From contig MQRK01252856.1 in the NCBI GenBank assembly GCA_001938485.1, positions 1 through 50,929 of the forward strand: a DNA stretch of 50,929 nt. Reading direction: 5' to 3'. This DNA comes from Girardia tigrina (taxonomy: Eukaryota). Numbering within the stretch: position 1 is the stretch's first letter; the number at the start of each line of letters is the position of its first letter. Below are positions 44,648 to 50,929 of this stretch, piece by piece. Below the pieces are notes generated by a model. It had not been told where the DNA came from. It searched no databases and saw only the letters and a list, made by a program, of their open reading frames with translations. Position numbers and translations under genes: made by a program.

Positions 44648-44868
44648 CCCCTTACCGCATAGTGGATCATATATGCTCCAAAATAATTGTTCATAATTTT
44701 ATTACCCTAACTGCATAGCGTGCAATATATGGATCAAATTGTTTGTTTGGATATTCTACACGAAAAAATCATTTTTTTAAAAAATAAAAAAATACGTATC
44801 TCTTTATTCCTATTTTCCTATATTATATATTTTTTTATTAAAATAAAAGAAAATCATGCAGTAAGGGG
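44648..44868. mobile_element. piggyBac-type MITE
   Basis: ttaa-ccccttaccgcat and atgcagtaagggg-taaa. Confidence 0.75.
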
Positions 44869-45679
44869 TAAAATGTAACCTATGTATCTTGTAAATGTCC
44901 CGTAAACCTTCTCTAAACTTTTGATGGAGAAAAATTCAAATACTATTTAGTAAAAATAGACAAAATTTCGACTTAAGAAATAAATTTAAAGAAAGTACCA
45001 TTTCGAAAAAAGTTTCGATTGACATTACACCATTATTTGGGTGAATACTTTAATTCTAAGAACATATTTTATTTATTAAAGAAAAATAAATGAACAAGAA
45101 TACAAGTACACGAAAATGAGACATGGGGTGCCTTATATACGATCCATGGAGAGCTCTAGAGAAACCATCGTAACTTTTGTCAATGGATAAGAGACTTTAT
45201 TTGTTTGCAAAAGCCAAAGTAATGGAAACATTTTACAAATTCATTTCCTTTATAATTGAATTTACTCTATTTCTTTATTCAAAAATATTTAAAAAATCTT
45301 TTTGAATGATCCATGAAAAATGTTTACAAACGACATAAAAAAATTAAACCGTAAACTAATTAATATAACATAATCACCAAATACAATTATTACAGTCGTA
45401 AATTTACTATTAGAGGATCGGAAAACAATTAATTATTTTAAATACATTTTGAGATACTTTGAGACTCAAAGACGTTCATGTCAGTGCAATATCATTTTCA
45501 AATAAACTAAGACAAACCCCATATAAAATCACTTTTAAAAAATCCACGACCGACAGAACATCCAAATGTCGCTGAGACAAAAACGTTGGAGATAAATATT
45601 GAAACGCGGATGGAGTTCCATACCGCAGATATACATCAAGTGAAACATTTAGATGTTCATACCGAGGTTGTGTAAAATC

Positions 45680-46300
45680 AGACAGCCAAAGGTATAATCA
45701 GTTCATGGTTTCTTATTTCTAAATTGTAACCAATGATCAAGAACCTTACTCGACTGAAATGATTGTGAGTGCTCACTAATCCAGATTTTGAGATGATGAT
45801 TTGTCTATCGAATATACGAGTTTTTAAAAATGTGACAATTAAATTTATAAACCAGATTAAGCTTACAATCAAATAATCGTTGTCGATTTATTTTAGAGGA
45901 AACTTTGAAAGTTGGATATCATTGAAACCATTTTAATACTAACTATATTTTAAAAATATTCTTCTTAAATGCTTAAAATCCTTCAGAATATGGTATTTTA
46001 ATTATTTGTACTCTTCAATGTTTTCTTCCTTTAATCCTTTTTTAATCCTTGTCTGTATACATTTTGTCTCTCAAGTATCCTCTTAGACTATTTAAACCAT
46101 GATCTGTGCTTTTAAAATTAGAAGAATTCCAAACTCCATGAACACTTAATTATACCATCTCTATATTTTCCATCGTCAAAACTCTGTAGTGTTGTGTAGA
46201 GACATGTATCTGTTGTCTTTTTGTATAATTCAGTTAAATATATCCAATTCATCCTATTCAATTTATACATCTCTTAGAGCGCACATTTTCCCCAAGGGTA
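45680..46300 (-). mobile_element. Degenerate Penelope-like fragment (RT C-terminus plus GIY-YIG)
   Basis: TELYKKTTDTCLYT..SF, IPYSEGF and SYIR*TNHHLKIWISEH...VLDH. Confidence 0.65.
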
Positions 46301-46339
46301 CGCATCAATTTAATCATTTAATCATTAATTTAATCATCA

Positions 46340-46941
46340 AAATTGAAACTAACGTTGGAGCTTTCATGTACCATACTTTGTTAGAAAGATATGGTATAAA
46401 TATTGGTTTTAATATTCATAAAGGACACTTGAAAGACAAAGTGTACACACACAAACAGATAGATCACAACATTAAGGTTACATTGGACTAATTATGAACA
46501 CATGATTAAGAAAGGAGTAAAGGGATGAACAAATTATTAAATACCATATTTTGAAGGATTTCAAGCATTTAAGTAGAGTATTTGCAATGACATAAAAATT
46601 TCAAAGCTTGCTCTCAAATAAATCGAAAACGATTTGTTGATTGTAAGCTTATCTGGTTCATAAATTTTATTGTCACGCGACGCTTCTGTAAATCATTATT
46701 GATAAGACACTACAACCCATTAATAAGCATTCAAAATACTCAAATTAAAGCCGTTTCAAATTTTTAATTATATTAAAAATGGCCATTATAATCCAATATC
46801 TTGAATAATTAAAATAAACAAATAATCTTCAATTAAAACTAACATTCTTTCAAATTAAGAAATATTATATTATGATTGTTGATGATATTATATAAAATTC
46901 GAAACGTTCGAAAATAAATCTTTTAAAAAATTTTTAAAAAG

Positions 46942-46982
<41 letters not shown>

Positions 46983-47050
46983 NNNNNNNNNNNNNNNNNN
47001 NNNNNNNNNNNNNNNNNNNNNNNNNNNNNNNNTATATATATATATATATA
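46340..47050 (+). mobile_element. Degenerate Penelope-like fragment in inverted orientation, ending in a decayed hammerhead and (TA)n
   Basis: Inverted homology to 45830-46040; IPYFEGF, NKSKT...LVHKFYCH; TTGATGA...GAAACGT at 46879-46907; (TA)n from about 46944. Confidence 0.6.
46944..47050. repeat. (TA)n microsatellite with internal gap
   Basis: TA runs flank the N-gap at 46983-47032. Confidence 0.9.
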
Positions 47051-47879
47051 ATTATTTTAAATACAAACAAAATTCTTGAATATGCAAATTACTTTTAAAA
47101 AATTATAAAATCAAGTACACAATACTTAATTTTTTAATCTGCTCAGATTGAAATATTTCTGCATAAATAATATAAAAAAGTCATATTTAATTTCTTTTTT
47201 ATAAAATCTGTAAGCAAAAAAATACGTTATATTTTCGATTTGAGAAAAATTGTTCACAAAATAAATTTAAATAATCAATACAAAAGAATGTAATAATATT
47301 TCTATTTTCAACAAAATCCTAAAATAAATACTCAGATATTATACTACTAAATTACTAAAAATTAAAAAAAAAATTATTTAATGTTTCAAAACTAATTTTT
47401 TAAAACTAGAGACATTAAAGAATTTTTTAAAATGTTAAATATTTACGGTAAATTAACAAGAGCCAGTAAAGAAATTTCGCTATTTGAATAAATTGAATTA
47501 TTACATTAACTATCAACTATTTTGCCTGTTACGAAATGTTAATTAATTTATTTTATTCGAAAAAAATTCGTTAAATTTCAAAAAAAATTAATAGTAATTC
47601 AGACACTAATGGATTAATGAAAATTTGTCTAAAGCTTTTCCAGAAAGAAGTGATATAAATTTCAATTTTTTAATTAAAAAATTGTTATTAGAAGTATAAA
47701 TTAAATTTTAACATAATTTTATATTATAGATATTTACTATAAATTATCAGAGCAAAAAAAATGTGAAATAAAGTTTTTTCGGATAATCAAAATACATTGT
47801 ATAACATTATAATATAATATAATGATAATAAATTACAATATTTTGAAAGATTACAAAACTATAATACAAAGAAATAATA

Positions 47880-49156
47880 TTAGGTTGTTTAAAAAATAAT
47901 GTCTTTTTTTAACCTTAATTTTTAAAGACAAATCTCAGCGTAGAATAAACTTTATTAATCGAAATAAAAACCGTTAGCATCAATACACTTTTGCCAACGT
48001 TGCCAAGTTTATTTATTTCGGTTGCATAAAATTCTGGCTTTCTGAAGGCGATGAAATCATTGAAGGCAGTTTTAGCATCCCCTTGATTTTTGAAGTATTT
48101 CTACTGGAGGAAAATGTCAAGATGTTTGAAAATGTAATAATCAGTAGGCGAGAGGTCAGGTGAGTATGATGGATGACTCAAAGTTTCGTAGCCAAGTTCG
48201 TTCAACAGTTGCATTGTCAGACGTGCGATGTGTGGCCGAGCGTTGTCGTGGAGAAGAATAGGCCCATTCTTATTGACTAATACTGGTTTTTGTTGTTGTT
48301 GGAGTTTCTGGTTCATTTTGACAATTTCCTGAGAGTATCTCTCTGCCGTAATTGTTTCTCCTAGATTTAAGAAGCTATGATGAATAACACCGGCTGCAGA
48401 CCACCAAACAGTCACCATCATCTTTTTGGTAAAATTTTGGCCTCGAAAAGTGTTGCAAAGTTGATCGTAGTCCAACCATTGAGAAGAAAGTCTCCGATTG
48501 TCGTAGAGAATCCACTTTTCATCACACTTTACAATTCGGTCCAGAAACGGATCATTCTTGTTCCACAGAAGAAGTGACGACGATGCCTCAAAACGACGCA
48601 TTTTTTTATTGTCATTTAATTCGTATGGAATCCATTTATCCAGTTTTTTAGACTTCCAAATGTCACTCAGATGGTTTTAAATTGTTCCTATCGTGACACT
48701 TAGTTCCTCCACAAGCTCTCGAACTGTTGTGCGTAGATTTGCTTATACTAGAGCCTTCAAATTTTCATTTTCAATAGCAGGTTTCCGTCCACGGTCATCA
48801 TCATCTTTGAGGGTCTCATCTCCTTCTTGAAATTTTTTGAACCAACGTTGTAACATAGGTTCGTTTGTGGTTCCATCGCACAACGCACCTTTGATATTAC
48901 GGGCGGCCTCCGATGCTTTGTGGCCAAGTTTGAATTCATACAAAAATTGCTCGTTATTGCGCTTTTTGCACATTGACAACTACTTAAGTAAACATATTAT
49001 TTTAAAGTTAATATTTAAACAGTATCATAGAAATATAGAGCTTTTCATAAGCTTTAAAATTAAGTATAAAACATAAATAAATGATAAAGATTTATTTGAA
49101 AACATGATCAAAAATCAGGACCATTCAAAAAACGACATTATTTTTAAACAACCTAA
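47880..49156 (-). mobile_element. Mariner element, cecropia/Hsmar1-like (DD34D), disrupted
   Basis: TA-flanked TIRs ttaggttgtttaaaaaataatgtc; [47 protein letters not shown] and YSPDLSPTDY. Confidence 0.96.
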
Positions 49157-49439
49157 TATTAATATACTACAATCTTCCCTCTGTAATTTGTCAATTTCCG
49201 GGATTCGAAAGTGGTAAATTATAGAGGTATGTAATATATGTGGAATATATGTAGAATATATGGAATATATTAATATATGTGGAATAATAAATTTAGATAA
49301 ATTGTACTTCTTCTCTATGGAAGTACAACTATAAATAAAATTTATAAACAATTTGATTAAAAATAAAAACAAAATTTAAAAACAAATTAAATTTTAGTAG
49401 TCAAATATAATATATAAACTTACTATATCAAAGATTTTT

Positions 49440-50929
49440 AAAATAATTGTAAATTATAGAGGTTTGGTAAATAATATAGGTGTTCTGCTGCAAAAGCCTC
49501 ATATGCAAAGAAAATATGGTAAATTTGGGTGGTAAACAAAGAGGGTTGACGATATTTATATTTTATAAATTAAATTGTATTTACATTATTAATCATTACT
49601 GGAAAAGTTATAATATCGATTAAGTAAATTAACCTTTGAAAATATTTCCAGTGAGAACCTTTAAAAGCATTGTTGGTACAATAGTGTTAAGTTGACATTT
49701 TTATATCAGATCTTAATCAAACTTTAATTTATATTATATCAAATGTTCATGAACACAAATATTAAATTTCTCATTAAGATTATAAAACCATTAATAAAAA
49801 TGAAAAATAAATAACTTTAAATCATAAAATTCGTCTACATCATTTTAGTTTAAATTTCTTTTAAGTTGACATATTTTGTTTTTGTCGTCTTTTTGATAAT
49901 TTTAGAATAGTTGGTGATAAAATTTTGATCCATACTATTGAAAAGGATTTAGTCGTAAAAACATAAAACCAACGAAAATATGAAATATGATGACACTTCA
50001 TGAAAACTAAATTGAGCAACAGTCCAGGCTCAGAACCATCTGGATGTCAACCAGCCTAGATTATTCGAACTAATTCACTGTTTTACTACAAAACGTTTTA
50101 GTTTTCGATGACTTCATATATGGAAGTACATTTGTGCCCTTAATTGTCTCAATTAAATTAAAGTGATGTCAATGTAGTGTTTATATTATATTATATGGAT
50201 TGGCCGCTCGACTATATCGACATATGATTAAACCTTGCTCTTTCAGAATATTTACAAGATTTCTTATCACTCAAGACTCAGGAAATCACAATTCTCCTGA
50301 ATGAAACGTAAGAGACAAGCATAAACTGTTGTGATTTAAAATTTTTAATGATTTAAAAGTTGCTCTTATTATTGAGATTTTTACTGAATTTAAAAACTGA
50401 AAGAATCAATCAATAAATTTTAAAGAAAGACAAATGGATTACAAGAACAATGCTAACACGAACGGGGTTTGTTTATAAAAGAGAAAAGGATTAGAGATAT
50501 TGCCACAGGATAGTTGAAAAAGTAAATAATTTGTTTGTCAAAACTGAAGTAACATTGCAGGACATAGAAGACATTATAAAGGAGATATAAATTCACAACA
50601 TTTTAAAATTCTGTGCACTCAATTTAAAAATTATTGGGAGATAGTGACATGTGAAGCGTTATATATAAGATCTTTGGATCCTAAAACTAACGTTCAAACT
50701 GCATTCTCTACAACTTTGTTGAGAGTTTTTAAATGACGTGTTGTTTACGCAATGATTACATAATCATTAACTGCATTAAATAAGTAAATTTCGTTTGAAA
50801 AATCGTTTGTTCTGATGATGACGATCAAACCGTCGAAATTAATAAACTTTGATTGGCTTAAGAATTTTTTATTTCATAATTTATCAATTTTATTTCAATT
50901 TATTCATATATATATATATATATATATAT
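49440..50929 (+). mobile_element. Highly degenerate Penelope-like element ending in a hammerhead and (TA)n
   Basis: RVDDI and NIKF RT-like remnants; C-terminus FKILCTQ...CEALYIRSLDPKTNVQ; hammerhead; (TA)n at the window end. The 5' boundary is approximate. Confidence 0.65.
50809..50847 (+). ncRNA. Minimal type I hammerhead ribozyme
   Basis: GTT-CTGATGA-T-GACG(ATCAAAC)CGTC-GAAA-TTAA-TA|AAC; palindromic stem III (ATTAAT), AUA site, stem I GTT/AAC. Confidence 0.82.

Noticed and set aside
37636-50929. Upstream kinase-domain exons of par-1
   Set aside because: No segment encoding YRIPFYMS...LNP.KR or other kinase motifs was found by eye; presumed to lie beyond the window.

Overview
AT-rich metazoan genomic DNA with five N-gaps. 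Its composition, mix of 43-54 nt introns and large TE-filled introns, and abundant mariner elements suggest a planarian-like flatworm; this is inference only. The window is dominated by the 3' part of one minus-strand MARK/PAR-1 kinase gene. Ten phase-consistent exons (37635 down to 2257; 2226 nt, 742 codons) encode the end of the kinase/CD linker, the UBA domain, a long spacer and most of the KA1 domain. The kinase exons and the last KA1 exon were not found and probably lie outside the window. The most notable structure is a set of up to seven 12-58 nt microexon candidates in the 15 kb intron before the KA1 exon. Their phases interlock, one has a tandem acceptor that switches phase, and two have downstream UGCAUG motifs. 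The introns also hold a full-length Ty3/Gypsy element whose gag ATG overlaps the PBS and which has a -1 frameshift signal; about eight Tc1/mariner copies or fragments; piggyBac, hAT and MITE elements; an RTE-like fragment; Penelope-like fragments with minimal hammerhead ribozymes next to (TA)n; a 5S rRNA-like fragment; and a GC-rich orphan ORF island.
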